From an uncultured Methanoregulaceae archaeon (GTDB lineage: Archaea > Halobacteriota > Methanomicrobia > Methanomicrobiales > Methanospirillaceae): a stretch of 64,000 nucleotides of DNA. The position numbers and the translations under genes were made by a program. Location of the stretch: the NCBI GenBank assembly GCA_963701095.1, contig OY969564.1:224001-288000 (forward strand). Reading direction: 5' to 3'. The notes beneath the pieces were generated by a model, which worked only from the letters and a program-made list of their open reading frames with translations, did not search any database and was not told the origin of the DNA. Each line of letters begins with the position of its first letter. Positions within the stretch are counted from its first letter, which is position 1. This document shows positions 21,127 to 31,434 of the stretch, one piece after another.

Positions 21127-21699
21127 ATGAGTTCGTACAAACATAAAGATGAAGGGTTCACCGGCCTTGAGGCAGCGATTGTGCTTATCGCATTCGTTGT
21201 CGTAGCGGCGGTGTTCTCATACGTAGTGCTTGGCGCCGGGTTCTTCACGACGCAGAAGGCACAGCAGACTGTACACACAGGTGTTCAAGAGACCACTTCA
21301 GCAGTGGAACCTTCTGGACCGGTGAGTGTTAAAGCGACATCCGGCACAGCGATTGGCTCTATTACCTTTTATCTGCAGCTCGCAGCAGGAGGTACTGGTG
21401 TTGACATGTCCAAAGTGACGTATGCTGTATCCACTTCTACTGGTATAGAAACCTTTGATAATACTGGCGTCGCTTTAAGTTGGGTTGAAGACAAAAATGA
21501 GACTGATCATACCGCAACTACGGGAACGCTGGGCGCTGGCGAGATGGTTCTTGTGACCGTTACACCTACTGCTACAACTTCGATCGGACCTAACACTCAA
21601 TTCACCGTTGAAGTTAGACCCCCTGTGGGTGCAGCACTTCCGATATCACGAACTGTTCCGGGATCAATAGCCACAAACCAGTGGTATGAGGTATATTAA
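21127..21699 (+). CDS. flaB: Archaellin
   Basis: G/FTGLEAAIVLIAFVVVAAVFSYVVLGAGFF archaellin N-terminus. Confidence 0.95.
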   Translation: MSSYKHKDEGFTGLEAAIVLIAFVVVAAVFSYVVLGAGFFTTQKAQQTVHTGVQETTSAVEPSGPVSVKATSGTAIGSITFYLQLAAGGTGVDMSKVTYAVSTSTGIETFDNTGVALSWVEDKNETDHTATTGTLGAGEMVLVTVTPTATTSIGPNTQFTVEVRPPVGAALPISRTVPGSIATNQWYEVY

Positions 21700-21833
21700 G
21701 GAGGGTGAAAAACATGAAAAATCTTTACTCAAGTGATGCATTCACCGGCCTCGAGGCAGCGATCGTGCTTATTGCATTCGTTGTCGTAGCGGCAGTATTC
21801 TCATACGTGGTGCTAGGTGCCGGGTTCTTTACA
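21157..21833 (+). repeat. ~90-bp near-identical direct repeat (21157-21249 and 21741-21833) encoding the two archaellin N-termini
   Basis: Both copies read TTCACCGGCCTYGAGGCAGCGATYGTGCTTATYGCATTCGTTGTCGTAGCGGC...; differences are synonymous. Confidence 0.8.
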
Positions 21834-22331
21834 TCCCAGACCGCTCAGTCAACTGTCCATACTGGTGTAAGCCAGGCAAGCTCAAGCATGGAAGTTGTCG
21901 GAAATGTGTACGGTATAGGGCCATCTGCAGGTGCTGCTAATCTGCTGTATGCTAAAATAACTATAGCACTGACTGCAGGGGGAACTCCTATAGATCTGAG
22001 CAAGATGGTAGTATCCTATACTGATAACAATGGAGGCCACAATGCAAATATGACACCGGAGTCGAAAACAGATTATACCACATGCACTAACACAAAGTTG
22101 GGTACTTCGACTACCTGGTGTATAGACCAGATTATTAATGGCGGTGGAGCTACAGGCGCTAATCCAATGCTCAATCCCAACGCTCAGATTGTTCTAGATG
22201 TGGCATTGCCATCAGCAACAGCGACCCCCAATACTCAGTTCACAATTAATCTCCAGCCGGCAGCGGGCGCATCTCTCCCAGTCACGAGGACTATCCCCGG
22301 CACCATCAACGTAGTGCAGCCAGTCTACTAA
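21714..22331 (+). CDS. flaB: Archaellin (second copy)
   Basis: Same archaellin N-terminus; GGAGGGTGA SD upstream. Confidence 0.95.
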   Translation: MKNLYSSDAFTGLEAAIVLIAFVVVAAVFSYVVLGAGFFTSQTAQSTVHTGVSQASSSMEVVGNVYGIGPSAGAANLLYAKITIALTAGGTPIDLSKMVVSYTDNNGGHNANMTPESKTDYTTCTNTKLGTSTTWCIDQIINGGGATGANPMLNPNAQIVLDVALPSATATPNTQFTINLQPAAGASLPVTRTIPGTINVVQPVY

Positions 22332-22334
22332 ATC

Positions 22335-22342
22335 TTTTTTTT
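22335..22342 (+). terminator. Oligo-T archaeal terminator after archaellin genes
   Basis: T8 run 3 nt after the stop codon, followed by a ~340-nt gap. Confidence 0.5.
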
Positions 22343-22681
22343 ATTGAATTTTCCATCTATGGATTCCGATGGTTGGATCCTTTGAAATGGCAAACGATTT
22401 CTTCTGTTTAAATTACCAATATTGCCAAAAATTCAGTTCGTACAATGAGATTTGTTATTCGGGTCATCATTATGGAGTCTGGTCGCCAAATAAATCAGCT
22501 TTGTTGAAAACAGACATGCATTTTCATGTTTATTGGCTTATCTGACCGATAAGGTCTTCGTCTCATGTCCTCCAGTATTTAAAAAACAGTGGAAGAACCA
22601 CTAAAAACAAAAAAAACCCTGTAAAACCCTGTGCTTCGGAGGAAAGTATATTAATCAAAAACAGGATAATAACTAATTGCT

Positions 22682-23587
22682 ATGGCGGTAAATCAGGCAC
22701 AGGTCGACCATATCATAACAGCGGCTTCTGAGGATGATCCAGAAGTTAAGCTCCAAAACCTCGAACGAGAAGTCGATCTTATCAAGACCTCCATAAAACG
22801 CCTGTTAATGGATATCCGGGAACGGATGAATGAGATGGAGAATCCGTTTACTATTGCTTCAGGATCCGGAACAACTGGAGAATCCGAAGGTGCGGCAGAT
22901 TCCATGAATGCTGCGAAAAGGGCGGCACTGGATGCAAAAGAAGCAGCGCTGGAAGCACGGGAATCTACCCTTGATGCCGCAAAAGCCAGGCAGGATGCTG
23001 ACGTCAGGGAAATAATCGTAAAAAAACCCGAACCCGAAGTGAGACCAGTGACCGCTCCTTTGCCTGTCGTTGAGGAAAGGCGTCTACCGGATGAACAGAT
23101 GATTTCCCTCATGAAGACCCAGATCCTCAACAATGGAAATAAGGGCAGTCCAAATGCACTTGCCAATGAAAAACTCCGTCTTCAGAAAGTGTACAAACTT
23201 TTCAAATGGACAAATGCGGCTATTCGAAAGTTTGGTCACGATCGTCTGGATATTATCCTTGAATCATACCGTATTATGGGTTATATCTCAAGGGAATCCT
23301 GTGACGAGATCAAAGAGATCTCCCGCTTAATGCCAGCAAACCTCGGGGACGAACATGAAGTAGGGCCTGATGAGTTTGTGTCCGAACTCTACGCACTCAA
23401 CCGGATTCTATCACCCAATGATGCATCACTTGACCGGGATATGATAGAGGTCATGATGGAACAGCGCCAGCAGATAATTCCGGCAAAAGAAAGATCCGGA
23501 GTTCCTGATGTATCGGCCAAAGAAAGGGAAACTTCGCGTGATACCAGAAAAGACGAAGAGTGGATGAACCTGCCGGATAGGATCTAA
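22682..23587 (+). CDS. Archaellum accessory protein, FlaD/E (ArlCDE)-like
   Basis: N-terminal coiled coil; LFKWTNAAIRKFGHDRLDIILESYRIMGYIS resembles the FlaD/E domain; sits between flaB and flaG. Confidence 0.65.
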   Translation: MAVNQAQVDHIITAASEDDPEVKLQNLEREVDLIKTSIKRLLMDIRERMNEMENPFTIASGSGTTGESEGAADSMNAAKRAALDAKEAALEARESTLDAAKARQDADVREIIVKKPEPEVRPVTAPLPVVEERRLPDEQMISLMKTQILNNGNKGSPNALANEKLRLQKVYKLFKWTNAAIRKFGHDRLDIILESYRIMGYISRESCDEIKEISRLMPANLGDEHEVGPDEFVSELYALNRILSPNDASLDRDMIEVMMEQRQQIIPAKERSGVPDVSAKERETSRDTRKDEEWMNLPDRI

Positions 23588-23590
23588 TCG

Positions 23591-24100
23591 ATGTCCGCGG
23601 ATACATTCACAACTGCTATGTTCCTGATTACTGCGGTTATCGCTGCTGGTGTACTTATCAGTGCAATATTCCCGGTTGTTTACCAGATGGCTGGGACGTT
23701 TTCCTCAGCTGGTCATGCTTCTGATGTTCAGCTCCGAACCACTATTGAGATCATTAAGGATGTAGCTTTTCAAAATCAAAACGTTAAGGTCTGGCTGAAA
23801 AATACCGGGAGTGAACAGATACCTCTTAGTGATATCCAGCGATCCGATGTCATATGTGGTGATGCTGGAAATTTTGGTCGTTTGAGTTTAGTCACAGGAG
23901 GTTCCCCGGGTCCCTCAAATCCCGGATGGTCATACACGCTGTATGACTTAAACAACAATAATATCTGGGATCCTGGTGAAACGCTGGAAATCGATGCTTA
24001 TACTACAACGATAAATCCCGCAGATCCTGTATATTTCCAGTTCAGCCTGCCTAATGGTATCACGAGTTCCGACCAGTTTCCGGTGAGTACTACTCCCTGA
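23591..24100 (+). CDS. flaG: Archaellum stator protein FlaG
   Basis: MSADTFTTAMFLITAVIAA N-terminus, VWLKNTGS, WDPGETLEI. Confidence 0.8.
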   Translation: MSADTFTTAMFLITAVIAAGVLISAIFPVVYQMAGTFSSAGHASDVQLRTTIEIIKDVAFQNQNVKVWLKNTGSEQIPLSDIQRSDVICGDAGNFGRLSLVTGGSPGPSNPGWSYTLYDLNNNNIWDPGETLEIDAYTTTINPADPVYFQFSLPNGITSSDQFPVSTTP

Positions 24101-24113
24101 TAGGTGAACGCGG

Positions 24114-24608
24114 ATGGCTGTAGCAGATCTTATCGGGGCGGCAGTTGGAGTACTACTTCTGGTGATAGTCGCCTATCTCCTTGTAGGGAGTGTAATATCA
24201 ACCGCCCAGATTGTTAATGCTGCCCAGAAATCTGCTACGCTTCTTGAAGAAAAACAATTAAAAACCGATTTTGCCATAACCTCAGCGACTACGCAGTCCG
24301 ATAATCAGACTTCAAATGTTGATATCAATTGCACGATCACTAACACGGGAAACGAGGTAATTTCCGATTTCACCCATATGGATGTTATTGTTTATGACAG
24401 CGGTACCGAAACTTACAACCTTTACCCTTACAGCGCAGTTGCGAGTCCCGGAAAATGGACGATCGTTAGTCAGGGTAATGATGCAATCAATCAATTAGAA
24501 CTGAGTCCTGGGAATTTCTACATAATTGAGGTTATGACATCGGGTTCGTCTCCCTACTGGTTTCAGATCACTACAGGAAATGGTGTCTATGCATCCGCAT
24601 TTGTTTGA
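24114..24608 (+). CDS. flaF: Archaellum stator protein FlaF
   Basis: N-terminal TM, ITNTGNE, ITTGNGV; position between flaG and flaH. Confidence 0.75.
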   Translation: MAVADLIGAAVGVLLLVIVAYLLVGSVISTAQIVNAAQKSATLLEEKQLKTDFAITSATTQSDNQTSNVDINCTITNTGNEVISDFTHMDVIVYDSGTETYNLYPYSAVASPGKWTIVSQGNDAINQLELSPGNFYIIEVMTSGSSPYWFQITTGNGVYASAFV

Positions 24609-24622
24609 TGGAGGTGAAATAG

Positions 24623-25357
24623 ATGGCAATTGAACTTTCAGACCTTATGGGAGGAGAGGATCGCCAAATCATCTCTACCGGGAATAATGAACTGGACAAG
24701 AAGATAGCAGATGGTCTTCCGGTAGGGTCCTTGACCCTTATTGAAGGAGAAAACGATACCGGTAAAAGTGTTCTTACCCAACAGATTGTCTGGGGTGCCA
24801 TGAAACAGGGTATGTCTGTAGATTTATTCTCTACGGAAAATACCAGTAAGAGTTTTATCAAGCAGATGGAATCGATGAGCCTTGATATCTCCGACTATTT
24901 TGCATGGGGCTATCTCAAGGTTTTTCCTCTCCACGTCGTTGGATTTGAATGGAAAAAAGAGGAGATGGAGGGGATCCTGCAGCGATTGGTTACCTATATC
25001 AAAAACAGCCCGTCAGAAGTCGCTATCGTTGATTCACTCACGCTTTTCACCGAATATGCTGAAACGGACACTATCCTTACCTTCTTTACTAACTGCAAAT
25101 CTCTTGTGGATCACGGAAAGACCGTTCTTGTTACGCTCCATACCTACGCATTTGAGGAAGACACGCTGGTCAGGATACGGTCTATCTGCGATGCCCATTT
25201 GAATATGAAAAAAGCCCTTGTCGGGGATAAGTATGTCATGGTAATGGAAGTGGTCAAGGTACGGGGTGCACGAAAAACGACGGGGAATCTCGTCAGTTTT
25301 GAGGTACATCCGGGATATGGAATGAAAGTTATACCGATGAGTTTTGCGAGGATCTGA
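24623..25357 (+). CDS. flaH: Archaellum RecA/KaiC-like ATP-binding protein FlaH
   Basis: STGNNELDKK, GENDTGKS Walker A, IVDSLT. Confidence 0.92.
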   Translation: MAIELSDLMGGEDRQIISTGNNELDKKIADGLPVGSLTLIEGENDTGKSVLTQQIVWGAMKQGMSVDLFSTENTSKSFIKQMESMSLDISDYFAWGYLKVFPLHVVGFEWKKEEMEGILQRLVTYIKNSPSEVAIVDSLTLFTEYAETDTILTFFTNCKSLVDHGKTVLVTLHTYAFEEDTLVRIRSICDAHLNMKKALVGDKYVMVMEVVKVRGARKTTGNLVSFEVHPGYGMKVIPMSFARI

Positions 25358-25358
25358 T

Positions 25359-27227
25359 ATGAGTTCTTTATCTGTTGCAGTAAACCTTCCCTTCAAACCC
25401 GAACCGGTCGATAGCAATGTTGATCTTTATGCAGATCTCGAATCAGATGCATTATTCAAAATGCTGCCGGCAAATGCAAAAGAATATGTCCAGAACAGCC
25501 CGCATCTTCTCGAATACCTTCACACATTTCCGGTGAATACCTATGGGATCCCCCTTTTTTTATCAGAATTAAAAAAAGATGTCCGTTCAATGAAGAACCC
25601 CAATATTATCTATCCGGTGAACGATACAACATTTGTTCATATACTTCCGGATCCGGATGATGTCAGGAACTTCTACATACCAATAGAACCCTCCTTTCTG
25701 CATAGTGTGAATGACATACTACCCGCCATTGAAACCAAACTCATCGATCTTATTGATGCACTTGATACCGATCCGACCACGGACAAGGAAAGGACGGAAG
25801 TTATAAAAAAGATGCTTGCTTCGGTGGCAGTCGTCAAACCTCCCGGCATGGATATTGCAAATCTCATTGGAACATCCGAGAAACAGCAGGGAGCAGCATC
25901 CAAACTGACTAAATTCCTCAACACCGATTTCACAGCCCAGAGTAAGATGAAGGGTGATAAAAAAAGCAAGAATCTCCCTCTGACACCGGATGGCAAAGTT
26001 ATTCTTACCAATTATGAGTACCAGGCAATCGAATACCTCCTTGTCCGGGATAAAATCGATATGGGGGTTCTCAAACCGTTCCTTTCTGATCCCTATATTG
26101 AAGATATTTCCTGTGACGGTGTCGGACCGATCTTTATCGAACACAAGATATTCAAGGGATTGAAATCAGTTATTGAGTTCAAAGTATCCAGTGAACTGGA
26201 TGAGTTTGTAGTCAAGGTGGCCGAGAGGATAAAACGACCAATTACCTACAGGAGCCCTATTGTCGATGCAACGCTCCCGGACGGTTCCCGTATCAACATA
26301 GTCTACGGTACTCAGATCAGTAAACACGGCAGTAACTTTACCATACGAAAAGTCAACGAGGTGCCTCTTTCGATCCTCAACATTGTAGAGAGTAATGGTA
26401 TTGATTATATGTCGGCAGCCTATCTCTGGATATGTGTCGAATATGGTATGTCGTTGTTTGTCAGTGGTGAAACAGCTAGCGGGAAAACTACGCTCCTGAA
26501 TGCAATTACTACGTTCATTCCTCCGGAAAACAAGATTGTCACTATCGAAGACACTCCTGAGCTTAACGTCCCCCACCGGAACTGGATACGGGAGGTAGCT
26601 CTAGCAAAAGGTGGGGGTGAAGGTGGTGGGGCCGGAGGAGAAGTCACCATGTTTGATCTTCTCAAGGCTGCACTTCGTCAGCGGCCCAACCAGATCCTTG
26701 TCGGTGAGATCCGTGGTGTTGAGGGAAGCGTTGCTTTTGGGGCTATGCAGACCGGTCACCCGGTAATGAGCACTTTCCACGCGGCGTCCGTGGAAAAACT
26801 CATCCAGCGTCTTTGCGGTGATCCCATTAATATCCCTAAAACATACGTAGACAACCTCAATCTGGTCATTATCCAGAGTGCAGTCAAACGTCCCGACGGC
26901 CAGACCGTGCGGCGGATGATCAGCTGCAACGAACTCGTGGGATATAACGCAGAGACCGGGGGGTTCACCTTTGTCCAGATGTTTACATGGGAACCGGTGT
27001 CAGATACATTTGTCTGGACGGGAAAAGGCAGTTCGTTCCTTCTTGAAAACAAAATTGCTACCATGCTAGGTATACCGGACAGCAGGAAGGCCGAGATATA
27101 TCTGGAAGTTGAGAAACGTGCAAAGATTCTTGAACGCCTCCATAAGGCGGGTTATGTAAAATTCTGGGATCTCTTCCATATGATGACGAAGATTAAAAAA
27201 CAGGGTCTCCTTACCATCGGTTCATAA
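25359..27227 (+). CDS. flaI: Archaellum motor ATPase FlaI
   Basis: GETASGKTT, IEDTPEL, LRQRPNQILVGEIRG, TFHA. Confidence 0.95.
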   Translation: MSSLSVAVNLPFKPEPVDSNVDLYADLESDALFKMLPANAKEYVQNSPHLLEYLHTFPVNTYGIPLFLSELKKDVRSMKNPNIIYPVNDTTFVHILPDPDDVRNFYIPIEPSFLHSVNDILPAIETKLIDLIDALDTDPTTDKERTEVIKKMLASVAVVKPPGMDIANLIGTSEKQQGAASKLTKFLNTDFTAQSKMKGDKKSKNLPLTPDGKVILTNYEYQAIEYLLVRDKIDMGVLKPFLSDPYIEDISCDGVGPIFIEHKIFKGLKSVIEFKVSSELDEFVVKVAERIKRPITYRSPIVDATLPDGSRINIVYGTQISKHGSNFTIRKVNEVPLSILNIVESNGIDYMSAAYLWICVEYGMSLFVSGETASGKTTLLNAITTFIPPENKIVTIEDTPELNVPHRNWIREVALAKGGGEGGGAGGEVTMFDLLKAALRQRPNQILVGEIRGVEGSVAFGAMQTGHPVMSTFHAASVEKLIQRLCGDPINIPKTYVDNLNLVIIQSAVKRPDGQTVRRMISCNELVGYNAETGGFTFVQMFTWEPVSDTFVWTGKGSSFLLENKIATMLGIPDSRKAEIYLEVEKRAKILERLHKAGYVKFWDLFHMMTKIKKQGLLTIGS

Positions 27228-27228
27228 C

Positions 27229-28854
27229 ATGCCTGATGAGACTACCCCCTCGGATACTTCCAGGACTCCACCGGCCCGTCAACTTCCTTTTGCTTCCTTA
27301 CTCAAAGGAGTAAAAGATAAAATAGCCGGTATTCAGGAAAAAAAGAAGATGGGCGCAGATCTTCTGTTCATGACAACATATATGGCATCGCTTGCGATTG
27401 CCAACGCCACGCGTCCCGAGATTTTTTCCTTTGCTGCAAACCGACAAGAATACATTTCGGCGAAATACATTGAAAAAGTTGAAACCTATGTTAAAAAATG
27501 GAACTATAGTTATGCAGAGGGCTTGTCCATAGTTGCTGAACGGACGCAGAACGAAATCCTCAGAAGCATGCTGAACCGGTATTCAAACTCAATCGATTCC
27601 GGAGTTCCGGATGAAGATTTTCTGAGCAACGAACTCGCTACGGTCAGGAGTGTCTACCGGAACCAGATGGAACAGGGAATGTCCATGCTGCAGAAATGGG
27701 GAGATGCGTACGTTGCCATGCTTCTTTCGGGAACGGTCATTGCGGTCATCATAATGATGTCTGTTGTTATCTATTCCCCTACCTCTATCCAGACGACTTT
27801 TGATACGTCGTATTCTGTTATCCTTGCCATTTCCGTATTTGGCATTGTCCTGATGTATACATCGGTTCCAGATGATCCCAAAAGCCATGGCCTCATTGAA
27901 CGTACATCAAAAGAGCAGGCAACAATCCATGCCATGGAGAGGATTATTGTCCCAATCACCATTGCCATTGTTGTAATCCTTGCAATACTCGGGGTAGCTG
28001 CAAGCCTGATTTTTATTCTTATAGGTATCCTGATGGCTCCGCTCGGTATTATCGGTTTTATTGACGATCACAATATTACCCTGAGAGACAACGATTTTTC
28101 CGTATTTATACGGAGTTTTGGCGCAGTAATGGGAGGCCAGGGAACGACTGCCATATATGCGCTGGGAAGTATCGACCGGAAATCACTTACAGCACTTGAA
28201 CCGCTGGTAAATTCAGTATATTCAAAGCTTAATCTTGGACTCGATGAAAAACAGTGCTGGGACAAGTTTATCGGAGAAGCCGGAAGCAACCTCATCTATA
28301 AGTACCTCAACATATACCGGGATACCGTGTCGCTCGGAGGACCCCCGGAACCCATTGGAACGGTCGTAGGATCTTCGATGCTTGAACAGACCCTCCTGCG
28401 GGAAAAGAAAGATATGCTTGCTCGAGGCTTCATTGTCCTTCTCGTACCGATGCATATGGCTATGACCGGCCTTTTCGTCGCATTATACCAGATTCTCCTT
28501 ACGCTTACGCAATCTGTTTCATCCATGATGGCCCAGATGGCAAATGCATCCGCAGCATCCGGGGGTATGAATGGTGGCGGTGTTTCTGTAGGAAGTGTAT
28601 TCAGTGGCGGCCTGAATCTTTTCTCCAATTTTCCCGCAGCAGCGATGCAGACCTATGTTGTGATCACTCTTACTATTATTACTGCATCCAACATCATTGC
28701 AGCACGTATCGTAGGTGGAGGGGATCGATACATGTATTATTTCTACGCGGCAATATTCTGCACATTAACCGGACTTGTTCTTCTGGTCGCACCGATCGTG
28801 GTTGGCCTTTTCTTCAATCCCGCGGGGCTGACGAACATGGGTGCCGGGACTTGA
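27229..28854 (+). CDS. flaJ: Archaellum membrane platform protein FlaJ
   Basis: Multi-TM with two T2SSF-like cytoplasmic regions; directly after flaI. Confidence 0.92.
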   Translation: MPDETTPSDTSRTPPARQLPFASLLKGVKDKIAGIQEKKKMGADLLFMTTYMASLAIANATRPEIFSFAANRQEYISAKYIEKVETYVKKWNYSYAEGLSIVAERTQNEILRSMLNRYSNSIDSGVPDEDFLSNELATVRSVYRNQMEQGMSMLQKWGDAYVAMLLSGTVIAVIIMMSVVIYSPTSIQTTFDTSYSVILAISVFGIVLMYTSVPDDPKSHGLIERTSKEQATIHAMERIIVPITIAIVVILAILGVAASLIFILIGILMAPLGIIGFIDDHNITLRDNDFSVFIRSFGAVMGGQGTTAIYALGSIDRKSLTALEPLVNSVYSKLNLGLDEKQCWDKFIGEAGSNLIYKYLNIYRDTVSLGGPPEPIGTVVGSSMLEQTLLREKKDMLARGFIVLLVPMHMAMTGLFVALYQILLTLTQSVSSMMAQMANASAASGGMNGGGVSVGSVFSGGLNLFSNFPAAAMQTYVVITLTIITASNIIAARIVGGGDRYMYYFYAAIFCTLTGLVLLVAPIVVGLFFNPAGLTNMGAGT

Positions 28855-28861
28855 CCGGGGA

Positions 28862-30127
28862 ATGGTGGATAAAATGAAAGATAGTCTCCGCAGGCTGATT
28901 CTTTTTGTCACTATCGTGGGCGTCGGTTCTGCCATGATATTCGTAGATATTCCGGTTATCTACATGCTACTCCTGATTATAGTGATTGGCGTTCTCCTCC
29001 TGTTCCTGCTCGGTGCAGTTACTATATCAGATCTGAAAAATACCTTTTCGAATCTGAACATTTCCCGTCTACGAAAGCAACTGCCAATCGGAAAATCAGG
29101 GTCCAGGCAAATAACGGATAAGACTTCTCCGGCAAAAAAAGATGTTGAAAATAAAAAAGTCCAGAAGATTGCCCCGGATAAGTCCTTGGAAAAATCCGGG
29201 GGACTTCTCTCCCATCTTTCCTTACTTGCATCATCTGTAGAATCAATGGGAAAAATTCTTACCGATCGCAAAAAACCCCGTAAGAAAGTCGAGGACATCG
29301 ATAAACTTCTTGAACATACCATAACAGAAAAAGTCAGCAAAAGCTCTGCCCTTGAAAGTGCTGGCACTGTTCCTGCGGCAGCTGGATCAAGCCGGAAAAA
29401 TGCAGGAGGTGCCACTCCTGATGAGAGTGGGAAGGAGACTGACCCGTTCCTCTCACTTTCCGGGGAAGAACTTGAAATGGGTCTGCTTGATGGGCTTGAT
29501 GAGCATGAGGTATCTTTCCCATCACCGGAAACCCAGAGCGAAGCTCCCGGACCTGAATCCGGCATATCTTTGCCTGATCTGGAAATGCCGCCCCTTCCGG
29601 ACGGAATTGAAGATGACGCAAACGCGATTCTTGCAGCAAATGCAGAGGAAAACTCTGAAGAACTCCCCAACCTGGAAGGAGGAGAGAGTCTTAGCGGCAG
29701 TATCAGCGATCTCGATAACATAAACCTTGACGAGATCGATCTCGGTGATGACAGTGGTATGCTGGAAGAGGAATCTCCTCAACCCATTCCTCAGGCCTCC
29801 GGCCCTTCCCCCGGATCAGGCAGCCTCATACCGGCCACCCCCATAACCCCCGCCGGTATTCCTGATACCGATGATCAATCTGATATCTCTTCATTTGCTT
29901 CGGGGACCGCCACGGGCACTGATGAGGATATGCTCAGTTCACTTGCATCTGACGTTAAATCCGTTAAAAAAGAACAAAATGTAAGCCTGCTCCGGGAATT
30001 AAAAGATTTTAAGGCTCCTGCAACAGATATTGAAAAGGAACTTTCAGAGATTTCTGAACAGTTCAATAATGCGATAAGCAGCGGTGCAAAGAAGAGACCC
30101 CTCGTACCGGTTAAAGGAAAGAAGTAA
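28862..30127 (+). CDS. Hypothetical membrane-anchored protein with long acidic, low-complexity cytoplasmic region
   Basis: Two N-terminal TMs, D/E/S/P-rich middle, C-terminal LLRELKDFKAPATDIEKEL helix. Confidence 0.75.
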   Translation: MVDKMKDSLRRLILFVTIVGVGSAMIFVDIPVIYMLLLIIVIGVLLLFLLGAVTISDLKNTFSNLNISRLRKQLPIGKSGSRQITDKTSPAKKDVENKKVQKIAPDKSLEKSGGLLSHLSLLASSVESMGKILTDRKKPRKKVEDIDKLLEHTITEKVSKSSALESAGTVPAAAGSSRKNAGGATPDESGKETDPFLSLSGEELEMGLLDGLDEHEVSFPSPETQSEAPGPESGISLPDLEMPPLPDGIEDDANAILAANAEENSEELPNLEGGESLSGSISDLDNINLDEIDLGDDSGMLEEESPQPIPQASGPSPGSGSLIPATPITPAGIPDTDDQSDISSFASGTATGTDEDMLSSLASDVKSVKKEQNVSLLRELKDFKAPATDIEKELSEISEQFNNAISSGAKKRPLVPVKGKK

Positions 30128-30188
30128 AATCTAATGAATCAAAAATTCATGATCCCGGAACAACGATAGAACCTTATGTGTGTTTTCC

Positions 30189-31004
30189 ATGACCGATGCC
30201 CCTGTAAAGATTGAACATGAAGGAAAATGGGTTGTTGTCCAAGCTTCAATTGGCGAAGACAGGATTACGTTTCCCGCACCGGTTAACAAAGAAGTAATTT
30301 TTAAATCAGTCTTCGACCTTGAGGAAAAAAAGAGCATTCTCATTATCACAGTAAAGGGAACCCCGGACACCATCATACGGCTTGCAAGTGTCGAAAAAGT
30401 TCTCATCGTATTAAAACGCCTTATTCTTGTCGGTTGTAACGCTTATCGTCTCATGGCATATTTCATGTCTCCTGCTATACGGGGAGGCGTCCTCGCCAAA
30501 AATGCACAATGGGAGAAAGGCAGCATTGTTGTCGTAAAAACTGGCATCTGGTTTGTCAGTGCAACAAAACAGATCTGCGTTCCTCTCAAAGATGTAGCGG
30601 CGATTGAACTTACCAAACGGGATGTGCAGGGAAAACAGACCGATGTCGTCAGAATCGATCATGTAGAATCCGGGGAAGTAGTTTCCAGTCTTGTTCTTTG
30701 TCCTCTCTCTACCCTTCAGGTCCTTTCTAATTTTCTTACCGACGCCACAAAAGGCATAGACATGAAAGGTAACGAACTGGATGCCATCGGTCAGCAGGTT
30801 GCAATGCTGATATATTCCGGGATGGATTCACATGCTATTGAGAACATGCTTAATCTCCCCCATAAACAGCTCGATGAAATCTATGATCGTATAATAAAAC
30901 TCGGTATCGCTGAGGTCGTAATCATAAGGCGTGAAGTCCAGCTTACCACAAAAGGGGTCAGATATATCTCAGATGCGACAAAAACACAAACAAACTCAAA
31001 TTAA
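30189..31004 (+). CDS. cheF: Archaeal chemotaxis adaptor CheF (with C-terminal HTH-like region)
   Basis: SPAIRGGV..WEKG motif; VAMLIYSGMDSHAIENML; upstream of cheY. Confidence 0.8.
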   Translation: MTDAPVKIEHEGKWVVVQASIGEDRITFPAPVNKEVIFKSVFDLEEKKSILIITVKGTPDTIIRLASVEKVLIVLKRLILVGCNAYRLMAYFMSPAIRGGVLAKNAQWEKGSIVVVKTGIWFVSATKQICVPLKDVAAIELTKRDVQGKQTDVVRIDHVESGEVVSSLVLCPLSTLQVLSNFLTDATKGIDMKGNELDAIGQQVAMLIYSGMDSHAIENMLNLPHKQLDEIYDRIIKLGIAEVVIIRREVQLTTKGVRYISDATKTQTNSN

Positions 31005-31066
31005 AGCCATTTCCTCATCCACTATTGTTTTATAGGTACGCACTCAAATACTCTGTCTGATACTCA

Positions 31067-31429
31067 ATGGGAACTATTCTTATCGTGGATGACACACTTT
31101 TCATGAGAACCCTTCTCAAAAATATTCTCTTCTCTGGAGGCCATGCTATTGCAGGAGAGGCCGCAAACGGAGAAGAAGCGATAGCCAAATACAAGGAACT
31201 CAAACCGGATCTTGTCACCATGGACGTCGTTATGCCAAAGGTGAACGGGATCGAAGCGTTAAAAGCAATCAAAGCGATGGATCCTGCAGCCCGGGTCATC
31301 ATGTGCACCGCAGTCGGGCAGGAACAAATGGTCAAGCTGGCAATAAAAAGCGGCGCTAAAGGGTATATTGTCAAACCGTTCCAGGCACCCAAAGTTCTTG
31401 AAGAAGTTAAAAACGTGCTTGCAAGCTGA
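31067..31429 (+). CDS. cheY: Chemotaxis response regulator CheY
   Basis: ILIVDD, DLVTMDVVMP, YIVKPF. Confidence 0.95.
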   Translation: MGTILIVDDTLFMRTLLKNILFSGGHAIAGEAANGEEAIAKYKELKPDLVTMDVVMPKVNGIEALKAIKAMDPAARVIMCTAVGQEQMVKLAIKSGAKGYIVKPFQAPKVLEEVKNVLAS

Positions 31430-31434
31430 CGGCC

